Below, piece by piece: positions 1-12,700 of a stretch of 64,000 nt of DNA. The DNA lies in assembly GCF_044704955.1 (NCBI RefSeq), contig NC_091999.1, positions 48,794,001-48,858,000 of the forward strand, written 5' to 3'. The translations under genes were made by a program, and so were the position numbers. Position 1 is the stretch's first letter, and each line of letters begins with the position of its first letter. A model generated the notes under the pieces. That model saw only the letters and a program-made list of their open reading frames with translations. It had not been told where the DNA came from and did not search any database. Origin of the DNA: Pristiophorus japonicus. Its lineage: Eukaryota.

Positions 1-17
1 GACCAAAAGGAGCGGAT

Positions 18-580
18 TTTTGGACATATACTTGACTAGCATACGGGATCAAACATTTGTTTTTATTTTCCCCTTGAATTAATTTTGTAAGGTACAATAC
101 TGATGCAATTTGTTTTTGCAAAAAAACACAGTTAGACTTCAAGGTATGCTGACCTTGAGTTATGGAGATAGGAAAGTGAGATAATGAACAACTGGAGAGA
201 TAAGTGGGGGTATGTTTGTCTATACCGGTGCCAAAAAGCCTGCCACTTTTTTTTTTGTTGATAAAAGGGGAACTAGTCCTCTTGGATGTATATAATTCCT
301 GTCACAATGCGAGGCTGGTTTATATCAAGAGCTCAGCCTTGGACAGTAATTGTATGAAAAGCTTTGTAAACCTTGTAATGCGACGATTGGACTTAAGGAC
401 TAGTGCTAAAGCACATGATGTAAAGTGATGTAATTTGTAAGATAAAAGAACCTCACTGGAGATATCAAATTGTGAAGCTGGTTCAGAGACAGGTGTATCT
501 AACACTTCTCCCAAAGCTTTGTCTCCGATTTAATAAACCTCTCTTTATATATTATACAGTCTCGGAAATATTTTTCCACA
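18..580 (+). mobile_element. Probable LTR (3' LTR of an LTR retroelement/ERV)
   Basis: Purine-rich PPT-like AAAAGGAGCGGA just upstream, TATA-like GATAAAAG at ~441, AATAAA at ~532 and a ...TTTTCCACA terminus. No coding potential. Confidence 0.4.
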
Positions 581-849
581 AAACCTCAGAGCATCTCTCT
601 CTAAACCAATCACATCAAATAATTGGCAAAGGTTTAGAATCAACTAGATGAATAAGTAAACACATCACAGCCTAATAACCTCGCTCTATATTCACAGGAG
701 AAAGACTGTTATCTCACGCCTCGAATGTCAATTGGTGAGATGAGCGACTGAATCACTGTCCATGTGCAACAGCAATCGTGTCCCCACATTTGCAGTGTTG
801 AGTCAGGTGGGCGCACGAGTATCACAGGCTGAACGATTGTTTAAGGTAC

Positions 850-1090
850 ATCCACACACACAACATGTGTCCTGTTTCTCCCCGCTGTGATTGGTGTTTT
901 TACAAAGGCTGATGATAAGCTGATCCTGATCAATCCAGGGAATCTGTCAAATCTTGACGTGATGTCTGGTTTGAGTTTCCCAGCTGCAGATCCTCCTCTT
1001 CTAATACTCTGCAAATGGTGGTTACAAACGTTGTTACTTTAAGTAAAGGATTGAAATTCAGAACACACTATTCCAGATTCTACAGAACAT
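850..1090 (-). pseudogene. Relic of a ZNF finger-exon 5' end (acceptor plus degenerate first finger)
   Basis: Aligns by eye with 23540-23920 and 44150-44290 (TTTGCAG acceptor, ...GGGAAACTCAAAC...CATCACGTCAAG, CACAGCGGGGAGAAAC). The finger array is absent. Confidence 0.65.
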
Positions 1091-1289
1091 CTTGTCCTCT
1101 CGTGTCCCCCCTAAGCTGTAAATTCCTTATTCAAGACTCTCCCCTCCATCCTCACTCTCTAAAACCAACATTCCTTTCATCGCCTGAGATGTATTATCTC
1201 CAGAAAGTGCTGAATCTGGCTGGGTGCAATTCCACAGACATTAGAAAACCTCTCGTGCCTCACCGTCAGTCGACACAGTGAGTGCCAGC

Positions 1290-1530
1290 AGGATTCCCAC
1301 TGTGGTAGGCATCACAGCCTCAAATCCTGTCCTCAAATGACATCCACACACTTCCCAGTTGACGTCACTTGATCGGTCTGAAGAGCAGGGGCAGTGGATG
1401 GTTTTTACTCTTATTTAGCCCAATGGTACTGAGGACAATTATAACCCCTGAACTGCTGCCTTGGCTGAGGTCAACCAACAGCCCAGATCAAGGATTGAAC
1501 TTGGGACCTTCCCAGTCAGTATTGTAGTGT
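1290..1530 (-). mobile_element. Old tRNA-derived SINE relic
   Basis: Minus strand carries B-box-like GGTCCCAAGTTCAATCC followed by a SINE-like body. Confidence 0.35.
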
Positions 1531-2794
1531 TCTAAAATTTGGGGGGTTGGGGAACGGTTAGAACAGAATATTTTGAAACTAATTTTACTCCACCTTTAAA
1601 TGAAATCTTCGTCACACTGCACAAATCTGGACTCTTTCCAAATTATACAATTGAATCATCAAAATCAGTGAGACATTTTAGAAATGCTCAAGTCACTGAA
1701 ATGGACAGCTTTACAATCACTGCACAGTACAGAAGGGAGAGACTGTTAATGGGAGCTCGGTTAGTGAAGTCCTCCGACACCCCAAGATAAACTGGACTGT
1801 CCCTTTAACTATAAAGTAGCAGAGAAAGGGGAGTCCCTGTCCCTTTAAATATCTGCCCCATTCCCCTTGGCAGTGGTAGGAGGAACAGCGCACGGTCTCT
1901 TTGTATCCTGACCGAGCAAGCACCGCCGGATGGGCTGCCGCAGGGTCCTAAATTCCACATCATCGTTATCGGGTTGAGCAGAACAATTGAAAAGGGCACA
2001 CACACATTCTTTGCTATATATGTAAATATTTATGTGTGTGTGTGAGCAAAACATGACACTCTTAATGTTTGCTCGTCAATTGCACAGAGATAAATAATTA
2101 TCTTCACCAATTATTTTCCAACAATTTATTTCCATTTTGTTTACAATGCAATTGCGGGGTGTTTAATAACTTTACCATTTATTGATACCACATTGTCTTG
2201 TGTGCTCGTGTTCAGAAAGTGACGTCACACTGACCATTCTGTTACAAGGTGACCATGTCTGTCTGCAGTAATCAGTGGGAAAGCGGATTATATCACATCG
2301 AGGATAATGAGCAGCCCCCACCCCCCCTCCCCGCCGTCTCTGCGCTTTATTGTCCAGTGATCATCGCACCGTCACACAGAAGCTCCTGAGATTTACCTCC
2401 AGTGTGGATCATTGCTGTAAGTGATGGTAAAAATGAAATTGTATTGGTGAAAGAGGAGCTGGGGTGAGGAGTTGTATTTAGAGAGGGAGTTGAAGAGTCG
2501 GGATGAAGGAGGTGTATGAGTGAGGGCGATTTACTGAAATTAATCAGCTCTGTTTTGCTATGATGTGGTTCATTTTTATTTTAAAATGTTTAGAATTGCG
2601 TGTTTCACTGAAGTTAAATGTGGGGCAGCAGTTACTTGTGGAAACTGGGTTGTTTCTGTTGAATTAATGTGGACCGTGTTAATTGGGAATAGACTGAGTG
2701 GGATCATTCTGTGCTGAATGCAATGCTGGGCTGCGGGTTTGCACTCAGTCCCAGTGACGAGGTGCTTTCGACAACAAATCCAAAAGCTACTCGC

Positions 2795-2930
2795 ATTGTG
2801 ACACTAAATCCAGGGACCAATTACACTGAGACACCAAATTCAGGGACCACTTCCACTGCGACACGAGATCCTTGGACCACTTACACTGAGGCACCAATTC
2901 CAGGGACCACTTACACTGAGACTACAAAAT
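2795..2930. repeat. 30-bp minisatellite, ~4.5 copies
   Basis: CAGGGACCA(C)TTACACTGAG recurs at 2811, 2841, 2871 and 2901. Confidence 0.85.
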
Positions 2931-3129
2931 TACACAGGATATACGACACATAAATGGGCCATTCAAAATAGCCAGTCCATGCTGGCGTTTGTGCACCATT
3001 CGGGAATTAGAGAGTCTTAGTGTGGGCAATGGTCATGATGCTGAAACCACCTCTAGTGAGGGCAAAAGTTGAGTAATGGATGAAGATATCACGGTGGAAT
3101 CACATGGTGAATGGTGGGGCCTGGTACAG

Positions 3130-3870
3130 GAACATAAAAAGTAGGAACAGGCATCGGTCTCATGGCTGATCTGATCATGGACTCAGCTCCACTTTCCTGC
3201 TCGTACCCCATAACCCTTTATTCCCTTATTGCTGAAAAATCTATGTATCTCCGCCTTAAATTTATTCAATGACCGAGCCTCCTCAGCTCTCTGGGGCAGA
3301 AAATTCCACAGATTTACAAGCCTCTGAGAGAAGAAATACCTCCTCATCTCAGTTTTAAATTGGCGGCCCCTTATTCTGAGACTTTGCCCCCTAGTTTTAG
3401 TTTCCCCTGTGAGTGGAAATATCCTCTCTGCAAGCACAATGTCGAGCTTCCTCATTATCCTGTATTTTTCAATAAGATCACCTCTCATTCTTCTGAACTC
3501 CAATGAGTATAGGCCCAACCTACTCAACCTATCTTCATAAGTCAATCACCTCATCACTGGACTCAACCTAGTGAACTTTCTCTGAACCGCCTCCAATGCA
3601 AGCATATTCCTCCCGAAATACGGAGATGAAAACTGTATGCAGTACTCTTGGTTTGGATTCACCAATATCTTGTGCAGTTGTAGCAGGACTTCTCACCTTT
3701 TATAATCCATCCCCCTTGCAATAAAGGTCATCATTCCATTTGCCTTTCTGTTTACTTGCTGTACCTGCATACTAACGTTTTGTGTTTCATGCACAAGGAC
3801 CACCAACTACCTCTGTATTGCAGCACTTTGCAATTTTTCTCCATTTAAATTATAATTTGCTTTTCTATTT
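3130..3870 (-). mobile_element. CR1-clade LINE 3' fragment
   Basis: ORF 3183-3545 reads YEDRLSRLGLYSLEFRRMRGDLIE...FFSQRLVNLWN...AGKWS, the CR1 ORF2 C-terminus. Confidence 0.92.
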
Positions 3871-4186
3871 TTTTCAATTTTGTAATAGGTTATTGTCAGA
3901 AGCACTTTTCAGACAGGCTGATAATTTGATGTAACCAGCGCAGAAAATGTATCCGTCTGATCTTGTTCCAAAATACCAAAATCTAATGTCACTAATTAAA
4001 TGTTCGGTGAGATTTGTAGAGATGTGGAAGAAGGGATGAAATGAGGCTTTCAGGAAATAAGGTTCTTTGAATGAACAATTTGTGAGGCAGTTTTGTGACT
4101 CGTCTGCATGAGGTTAAAGGCATGAAATGGAAAAGGACACGTCCAGTGACACTTATATTGTCAATAATGGTTTCGATGTTAATTAC

Positions 4187-4720
4187 TCATCATCATAGGC
4201 AGTTACTCGGAATCAAGGAAGACTTGCTTCCACTCCTGTAGTGAGTTCTTTGGTGGCTGAACAGTCCGATACGAGAGCCACTGATTTGTCACAGATGGGA
4301 CAGATAGTTGTTGAGGGAATGGGTGGGTGGGACTGGTTTGTATACGCTCTTTCTGCTGCCTACACTTGACTTCTGCATGCTCTCGGCGTTGAGACTCGAG
4401 GTGTTCAGAGAATTACTATCTCCTAAGCCTCATCATCATCATCATAGACAATCCCTCGAAATTGAGGAAGAATTGCTTCCACTCTAAAAGTGAGTTCTCA
4501 GGTGATTGTACAGTGTAATATGGGAATTATAGTCACTGTCACTGGTAAGACAGACAGTCGTTGATAGAAAGTCTGGGTGAGGAGTCTGGTTTCTCAGATG
4601 CTCCTTCCGCTACCTTCGCTTGTTTGCAGCATGCTCTCGGCGATGAGACTCGAGGTGTTCAGCGCCCTCCTGGATGCTCTTCCTCCACTTACGGTGGTCT
4701 TTGGCCAGGGATTCCAAGGT
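4187..4720 (-). mobile_element. Two 5'-truncated RTE LINE 3' fragments (4187-4408, 4431-4720)
   Basis: (CAT)n tails followed by sequence matching the 3' end of the long RTE at 6113. ORF 4610-4804 has ESLAKDHRKWRKSIQEGAEHLE. Confidence 0.85.
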
Positions 4721-5189
4721 GCCTAATATCCTACTGACGATCCCAACCACTAACCCCAATCCTAACAAATAACCACAACCACTAAACCCTAAACTCGCAC
4801 CCAAACCCAGTCCCGAACCAAAGGTTGTTCACAGGGATCAGTGGAGGAGCTAAAGACCCGATAATGGAAATATTTAAACAATTATCTTGATGCAAGAAAT
4901 TCTGCAAGTTATGTAAGTAACAAGAAATTATATCAACAAAACTTTCAAAATCAGCAAAGATAGTTACAAAGATCACACATTTCAAAGACTATTACATATA
5001 GTAACCACATTCAAAAATCGTTAAACAATGTACAAAATAATAGATTTCAAGTCTAAAGCATCATAGTTTAATCAATAGTTGGTTGAAAGGAACGTTATAT
5101 GAGTGTAACATGAGACACTCCGGTTCAGTTTATGACACGCACAAGCCGAATACTCAAACAGAACAACCTTGGGATTTGATGTCATAAAA

Positions 5190-5430
5190 GATGAACTGGG
5201 TGAGAAGTGAAATAATCTACAGTAAGAAAAGGCCCAAAATGGAACAGTCGGTAACAGAACATTAAGTAGATATTGTTATGGAGAAATCAAACATTCGACA
5301 CAGTGTGTTTGAACCAAGCTGATTTATTCAATATTTGTATAGAACATTAATCTCCAGCTCAGGTATAGGGGTTATTAAGATCAGCAGAAACAAACAATAT
5401 CTGCCAGAATGAATATCGTTCAATGCCCAA
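5190..5430 (-). pseudogene. Relic of a ZNF 3' UTR/downstream flank
   Basis: Homologous by eye to 22375-22590 and 42740-42950. The coding fingers are missing. Confidence 0.6.
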
Positions 5431-5499
5431 TGCAATCCCAGTATATCCTGACCGATTCACCAATGCAGCTTTTAAATGGCAGGTTATTTACCCAGTATG

Positions 5500-5900
5500 C
5501 ACCACGGGCGAGAAGGTGCCGAACCCAAACTACAGGAGTTCAGTGCGCAGGCGCGCATCGTGGCTGGTTTTGGAGCATGCGCGGGGAATGTAGTAGCGAA
5601 GGAGAAACGGGCAAAATGACCTCCGCAGAAGCGTTCCATTTGAGCGGGTGGAGGGGAGCAATGGACCAGCGGGTCCCTTGGAAGGCTTCATAAAGCATCG
5701 GTGCTGCCGCAAGCCCGGAATAATAACCGGCATATCGGCAGTTGCAGTTTTGGGGCTTTCTCCCGGTCACAGGCCCAGGCTAACGGCGGCCATCTTCGTG
5801 CAGGAAGGCGGGCTCAGCGCTCGGCCAGCTTGATTCGGTGAGTCGCACCGCGCATGCGCGGCCATCTTGGTTCAGGAACAAAGTGAGCGATGTCAGTGTC
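5500..5900. promoter_or_regulatory. CpG-island promoter-like region with NRF1 and YY1 motifs
   Basis: CpG-dense. GCGCATGCGC at 5850-5859, GCCATCTT at 5789 and 5861, and a + strand donor-like G|GTGAGT at 5837/5838. Confidence 0.6.
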
Positions 5901-6112
5901 TGTTTCCAACCGGGTCCCAGTGGGTAAAGTTGTATATCAGATATTTTATTCTCACTGTCCACACCTCGAATTTCTCAACATCTCCCCTAAAGGCGATGCT
6001 TAGTACCGACCCTTTGGGTTAAGTCCTACATAATTGTAACAGAGAAGGGCCAGAAATATTCAATCCTTGGGTTAGATTCCCCATGTTCAGTCCCAGGGTT
6101 AGAATCTCCATC

Positions 6113-9100
6113 TCATCAATATCATAGGCAGTCCCTCGGAATCGAGGAAGACTTGCTTCCACTCCTGAACTGAGTTTATTGGCGGCTGTCCAGTCGAATA
6201 CGAGAGCCACAGATTCTGTCACAGGTGGGACAGATAGTCGTTGAGGGAATGGGTGGGAAGGACTGGTTTGCCGCACGCTCTTTCCGCTGCCTGCACTTGA
6301 TTTCTGCATGCTCTCTGCATTGAGACTCGAGGTGCTCAGCGCCCTCCCGGATGCACTTCCTCCACTTAGGGCGGTCTTTGGCCAGGGACTCCCAGGTGTC
6401 AGTGGGGATGTCGCACTTTATCAGGGAGGCTTTGAGGGTGTCCTTGTAACGTTTCCGCTGCCCACGATTGGCTCGTTTGCCAAGAAGGACCTCCACAAAA
6501 GACCACTTGCTTCGGGAGTCTCATGTCTGGCATGCAAACTGTGTGGCCTGCCCAGTGGAGCTGATCGAGTGTGGTCAGTGCTTCAATGCAGGGGATGTTA
6601 GCCTAGACGAGCACAGGATGTTGGTGCACCTGTCATTCCAGGGTATTTGTAGGATCTTGTGGAGACATCATTGGTGATATATCTCCAACGACTTGAGGTG
6701 TCTACTGTACATGGTCCGTGCCTCTGAGCCATTCAGGATGGTGGGTATTACTACAGCCCTGTAGACCATGAGCTTGGTGGTAGCTTTGAGGGCCTGGTCT
6801 TTGAGCACTCTTTTCCTCCGCCGGCTGAAGGCTGCACTGCTGCACTGGAGGTGGTGTTGAATCTCCTCATCAATGTCTGCTTTTGTTGATAAGACGCTCC
6901 CGCAGTATGGGAAATGCTCCATGTTGTCGAGGGCTGCACCGTGGATCTTGATGACTGGGTGGCAGTGTTGTACGTCGAGTACTAGCTGGTGGAGGATCTT
7001 TGTCTTACGGATATTTAGCATTAGGCCCATGCTTTCGTGTTCCTCAGTAAATACGTCGACTATATCCTGGAGTTCAGCCTCAGAATGTGCGCAGACGCAG
7101 GTGTTGTCCACGTACTGTAGCTCAACGACAGAGGTTGGGGTTATCTTGGACTTTGTCCCGGAAGGGGCGAAGATTAAACAGCTTCCTGCTGGTTCTGTAG
7201 TTTTGTTCCACTCCAGCAGGGAATTTGTTGACTGTGAGGTAGAGCATGGCAACGAGGAAGATTGAGAAGAGGGTGGGAGCAATGACGCAGCCCTGTTTGA
7301 CCCTGGTCCCGACGTGGATTGGGTCTGTAATGGATCCGTTGGTAAGGATTATCACCTGCATGTCATCATGGAGCAGGCGAAGGATGTTGAGACATTTTTG
7401 AGGGCATCCAAAATGGAGGAGGATGCTCCATGGAACCTCATGGTTCACAGTGTCAAATCCCTTTGTAAGGTTGAAAAAGCCAATGTATCACGGCTGGCGC
7501 TGGTCCAAGCATTTTTCCTGCAGCTGTCGCGCTGCAAAGATCATGTCCGATGTGCCCCGTGGGGCACTGTGACTTCAGGAGGAGCTCCTCGGCCACAGGG
7601 AGAAGACGGTTGAAGAGGACTCGAACAAAAACTTTCCCAGTGGTTGATTAGCAGGGAGATTCCTCTGTAGTTGCTGCAGTTGGACTTGCCCCCGCTTTTT
7701 AAAGATGGTCACGATCACTGCATCTCTGTGATCTCCCGTCATGCTCTCCTCCCTCCATATGAGAGTGATGAGGTCATGTATTCATGCCAACAACACATCT
7801 CCGCCATGCTTTAGCGCCTCAGTAGGGATTCCATCCGCTCCCGTAGCCTTGTTGTTCTTGAGTTGTCTTATGACTTTTCCTACTCATGTAACGTTGGTGT
7901 TTCACTGAAGTGGGGGCGGGACGCATACTGTGGGATGGAGTCGAGAACACTCGAGTCAAATTCAGAATCTCGATTGAGGAGATCTTCGAAGTGCTCCTTC
8001 CAGCGGGCCTTGACAACCTCGGTGTCCTTGATGAGTGTTTCCCCATTCTTGGCCAGCAGTGGGGTGGGGCCTTGGGAGTTTGGACCGTAGGTGGCCTTGA
8101 CTGATATGAAGAACCCTCGCACATCATGGCTGTTGGCCAGTTATTGTATCTCCTGTGCTTTCTCCATCCACCACCTGTTCTTTAGGTGCCAGGTTTTTTG
8201 TTGGACCTCAGCTTTGAGCCGCCTATAGTGTTGCTTTGCTGCTGCTGAGTTGGGTTGTTGCTTGAGCCTCAGAAATATAAATTCTTGGATCTCTGATCAT
8301 TCTCATCAAACCAGTCCTTGTGTGTTCTGGTTGAATGACCAAGTGTCTCTTCACAGGCACTGGTTATGAGGCCTGGAGGGCAGACCAAGCACTGTGGGCA
8401 TTCAGCATCTCAGCGTCATCAAGGCACGTCAGGTTAGCTGTGAAGCATTGGCTGTATAGGACTCTCTTAGCTGGGACTTTAATTGCACCGACATTGACGT
8501 TCTTGCGGCACTGCTTCTGCTGTCCCCTCCACATTGGGGTTAATGTCGACGATGGGTCAGGCGGTCGTCCGGCCAACAGTCGTCAGCTCCTGTCATGATG
8601 TGGGTGATGCGCACAACCTTGCGATCCCTGGCTCGGATGATGACATAGTCGAGCAGGTGCCAGCGTTTAGAGCAAGGGTATTACCACGATGCCTTGTATT
8701 TTTCCCTCTGGCGGAACAAGGTGTTGGTGATGAGAAGTTCATGTTCTAGATATTTTGTCAGGAGTAGGATACTGCTGGAGTTGGCTTTCCCTACCCCCTC
8801 ACTGCCAATCACGCCTCCCCAGTGGGCTGTATCTTTGCCGACCCTGGCATTGAAGTCACCGAGGAGGATCAGTTTGTCACCTGTGGGGACACAGGACAGG
8901 GATGTTTCGAGGTTGGAATAAAAATCCTCTTTGGTCTCATCCATTGCATCCAGTGTTGGGCCATACGCACCGATGACTATGGCGCATTGGTTCCGGGATA
9001 GGGTGAGTTGAAGCGTCAAGAGGCGTTCGTTAACCCCAGAGGTGGTGTCTTTGCGGCTGTCGACCAGCTCATTTTGATGGCGAAGCCGACTTTATGAAGG

Positions 9101-9425
9101 TGGCGTTCTTCCTCTGGTATTCTTTTCCAGAAAAAGGTGTAACCTCTATCTTGTTCCTTGAGCTGGCCTTCCCCTGCCTGCCGGATCTCGCTTAGGGTGG
9201 CGATGTCGATGTCAAAGCTTCTAAGTTCCCGGGCATCTATGGTGGTGCGGCATTCTGGCCTGTCCAATGGGAGTCCTGTCGTTTCAGGTCCCAAACTTCA
9301 TGTTAACGGAGTGGAAGATGCCTGTGTGTGAGTTCTTTTAACGTGGGGTGGCATAGCTGAGCAAGGTCTTGGTCCAGTGGCAAGGGATCCAAGACGACTG
9401 GAGACCAGGCACTTCTGTATGAGCC
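6113..9425 (-). mobile_element. Near full-length RTE-clade non-LTR retrotransposon (APE endonuclease + RT, disrupted)
   Basis: Endonuclease motifs AYGPT and LILLGDFNARVG (8681-9019). RT motifs VKQGCVIAPTLF and ELQYVD (decayed YADD). C-terminal KRYKDTLK...CPTC. (ATG)n-type tail. Multiple frameshifts and stops. Confidence 0.92.
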
Positions 9426-10214
9426 TAATTGCCGAAGGCAAAATGTTGGCTGCAAGCTCGGTGCTGAGTAGCACCCTTGTTGGTAAGTGGTCCGAGGCTT
9501 GGTTGGGGGCAGGCATTAGGAAGTCAGTTGTCTGCTGGAGTTCCAAGTGGGAGGTCAGGAAGGAGTAGGAGGGTGAAAGAATCATAGCCAGGCCACCAGT
9601 GGGGAAGCGGAGGTCCAGCCGTCGATGAGGAGAGGGATGTAGGCCCGCTGCTGCAGGGATGAAAACCCGCCGCTGGAGTGATATAAGCCCGCCGCAGGAG
9701 GGGCTGGGTGATGTCGCGGTCGCCTGGTCGGAGGCACACCTGCTTGCTGGGTGTCGTCGTGAGTAACCTGGTTTCAAATGGCTGAAAATGATGCTAATAA
9801 AGCACACCAAACTATTTTCTATTTCGATTGGGGTACAGTATTCAATTGCTTAATAAAACATTTTTAAAATAAAATTATTCTTAAAGGTTCCTCCACATTG
9901 TTTAAAAGTTTCTTCAGAAGTTTTAAAAGTTTCTCCCGGAGTTTTAAAAAAGGTTTGCCAAGTTATTTAACATTTTTTCCAGAGGTTTTAAAAGTTTCCC
10001 CAAGTTGTTTAAAAGTTTCTCTTGAAGTTTTAAAAGTTTTCCCAAGTTGATTAAATGTTTAAAATTAAAGTCAGTAGTAAGCTACCTGCCTTCATACTGT
10101 TCTATGGGTGCTGCCATCCCACTGCAGCTGCACAAAGCCCTGGCTAGACCACACCTGGAGCACTGCGGGGAAGTAGAGGCTCAGTCATCTCTGAAGGGGG
10201 CCCGAATGCCTGGA

Positions 10215-10540
10215 CGCCATGTACATTCCCAGTGTTAGAATCCCCATGTACAATGCCAGAGTTAGAATCCCCATGTACAGTCCCAGGGTTAGATTCTCCA
10301 TTTACTCTCCTAGGGTTAGAATGCCCACATCCTCGCCCAGGGATAAAATCCCCATTTCCAGTCCGAGGGTTAGAATCCCCATTTACAGTGCCTGGGTTAG
10401 AACCCCCATGTATGGTCCCAGGGTTAGAATCCCCATGTACTCTCCCAGTGTTAGAATGCCCAAGTACTCTCCAAGGGTTCGAATCCCCATGTGCAGTCCC
10501 AGAATTGGAATCCCAATGTACAGTCTCAGGTTTGGAATCC
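10215..10540. repeat. 27-bp minisatellite (~12 copies); a 2-copy relative lies at 6065-6110
   Basis: CCCAGGGTTAGAATCCCCATGTACAGT, period 27 (10234, 10261, 10288...). Confidence 0.9.
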
Positions 10541-10869
10541 TGTGACTGCACACAGATGAAGAGAACAATTGAGGCCTTGAATCTGAGTTGGGGAAAAATC
10601 ATAGAAACATGATTCAATTTCCATCCTAAACAATTTGAAATCAAATGAAATGAATTGTTGCAATTAACACATTACTTCCATGCCAAATGGGAAACACGTG
10701 ATGTGTGGGCTGTGCAGGAGTGTTTGCGCCCGGTTACACAGCATGTCCCTGGCTCTGCACTCTAAATGCACTTCTTTAGGTTCACAGTATCATTGACACA
10801 TCCAACTGACTAGATGGACCTCGCCCTTTAAACCCCATCTGAGAAATATCAGCATTTGATGTTTAATTT

Positions 10870-11420
10870 GCTAAACCTTTATAAAACACTGGTTCGGCCT
10901 CAGCTGGAGAATTGTGTTCAAGTTTGGGCTCCAAACTTTCATAATGATGGCAAGCTTTTAGAGAAGGTGCAGAAGGAATGGTGCCAGGGAGATGAGACTT
11001 CCGTGATGTGGAGATCCTGGTGAAGTTTTCTCCAGAGAGCAGGAAAGGGTAAAAGGAGATTTGATGGAGATGTACAAATTTATGAACGATTTAGGTAGAG
11101 TAAATGTGGAGAAAGTGTTTCTAGTGGCATTAGGGAAGGTAACCAGAGGAGTCAGACTTCCGATGATTGGCAAAATAACGAGAGGTGAGATGTGGGATCA
11201 TTTGTTACTCAGCAAATTGTTCTAATCCAGATTGCACGGTCTTAAAGGGTGGTGGATTGAATTGTAACTTTTAAAACGGAATTGGATAAATACTTGCTGG
11301 GAAAAATATATCTAGCAATGGGTAAAGAGCAGAGGAGTGAGACTAATTGAACAGCTCCACCAAAGAGCCGGCACAGACAGGATGGGCTGCATGGCCTCCT
11401 GTGCCCTACTCTCCGTGACA
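10870..11420 (+). mobile_element. CR1 LINE 3' fragment (old)
   Basis: Decayed LYKTLVRPQLE.CVQ.W coding sequence and a CR1 3' UTR. Paralogous to 36030-36595. Confidence 0.75.
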
Positions 11421-11659
11421 ATGGTGGATGATCTTACCCAGAGTGCTCCGAATACGCCCTATCTCCATCAGCAGGGGGGCAACGTGGGTAGGCCTGGTCC
11501 CTGGAGAGTATGCCCCTGTGCGGAGAGGCACCCGTGGACTGATTGGAGTGAGCATGGCATCAGCATCACCAAGTTTGGCTCTCAGTCACCAGGCAACACC
11601 AAGTGTGACTCTCAGTCCCGGGCAGCACCGATTGTGGCTCCCAGGCCTCATGCACAAGG

Positions 11660-11780
11660 TCGCATGCATCATCGAGTGCGGCTGTCAGGCCCCTGTCAAC
11701 ACCGAGAGTGGCTCTCAGGCCCCGGGCAACACCGAGAGTGGCTCTCAGGTCCCGGGCAACACCGATTGCGGCTCTCAGCC
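11660..11780. repeat. 30-bp tandem repeat, ~4 copies
   Basis: CACCGAGAGTGGCTCTCAGGCCCCGGGCAA units. Confidence 0.8.
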
Positions 11781-11934
11781 TGCGTGTCAAAGCCTCCGGG
11801 CCCGACACCAGCAAATCCCAGGGGCAGTGCCTCCCCCACACCATGAAATACAGCATGCCCAGCAATTCCCAGCCGCTCTGTATCAGGGTGGGTGCTGGAT
11901 GCGGAAGTCACTCCCTGGTCTCCTGTACAGTATA

Positions 11935-12205
11935 ATATTAGGCAGTCCCTTGAATCGAGGAAGACCCACTTCCACACCAAAACGTGATGAGTTCACAGAT
12001 GTTTCAATATGAGACCTGATATTCCAGGTCCCGAATTACATATTGAAGGGTGGGAGATTCCTGTGCGTGGATTCTTTTAACGCGTGTGTCCGTTGCATAC
12101 CAGCCACCAGCCGGGCTGAACAGAGCGAGGTCTTGGTCCAGTGGGAAGGGTTAACCAAGATGACTGGAGACCAAGTTCTGCTGCACAGACCTGGTGCACA
12201 TACTC
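11935..12205 (-). mobile_element. Short non-autonomous RTE derivative (5' UTR joined directly to the 3' tail)
   Basis: 12010-12200 matches the RTE 5' UTR/ORF start at 9285-9420. 11935-11975 matches the RTE 3' terminus at 6113-6165. Confidence 0.75.
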
Positions 12206-12269
12206 CTACTGCCCATAGATCGCAGTGTGGTCTGGCCCATGCTGTCCCTGGGCCCTTGCCTATCCCGGG

Positions 12270-12700
12270 CCCCGAACTCGCGCCTCTTGTGGCCCCAATC
12301 TCTTCACCCCAAACTCCTGTCTCTTGTGGGGCCCAATCTCTCCGCCCCGAACTCTCGCCTTTCGTGGGCCCCAATCTCTTCCCCCACTGAACTCTCGCCT
12401 CTCGTGGGGCCCAATCTCACCGCCCAGAACTCTCGCTGCTTGTGGGCTCCAATCTCACCGCCCCGATCCCTCACCTCTCCTGGGCCTCAATCTCTCCGCC
12501 CTGAACTCTCATCTCTCCTTGGCCACAATCTCTCCTCCCTGAACACTCACTTCTCCTTGGCCCCAATCTCTCCATTCCGAACTCTTCCCTCTCCTTGGCC
12601 CCAATCTCTCAGCCCCGAACTCTTCCTTATCCTTGGCCCCAATCTCTCAGCCTCGAATTCTCGGCCTTGTGGGCCACAATCTCTCAGCCCCGATCTCCCG
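12270..12700. repeat. C-rich ~37-bp minisatellite
   Basis: GGCCCCAATCTCTC(C/A)GCCCCGAACTCTC units, ~11 copies. Confidence 0.85.

Noticed and set aside
1273-1304. RSS-like heptamers CACAGTG/CACTGTG (also 5299, 52080, 54349)
   Set aside because: No ACAAAAACC-like nonamer at 12/22-23 spacing and no adjoining V, D or J sequence.
1797-1850. TGTCCCTTTAA words (also 16077 and 35365) as Kolobok/T2 transposon ends
   Set aside because: No extended matching inverted termini were found around a coherent element.
9361-9420. HDV-like or twister ribozyme call at the RTE 5' end
   Set aside because: I could not place P3/P1.1/J4-2 or the twister conserved residues. Reported only as an unclassified structure.
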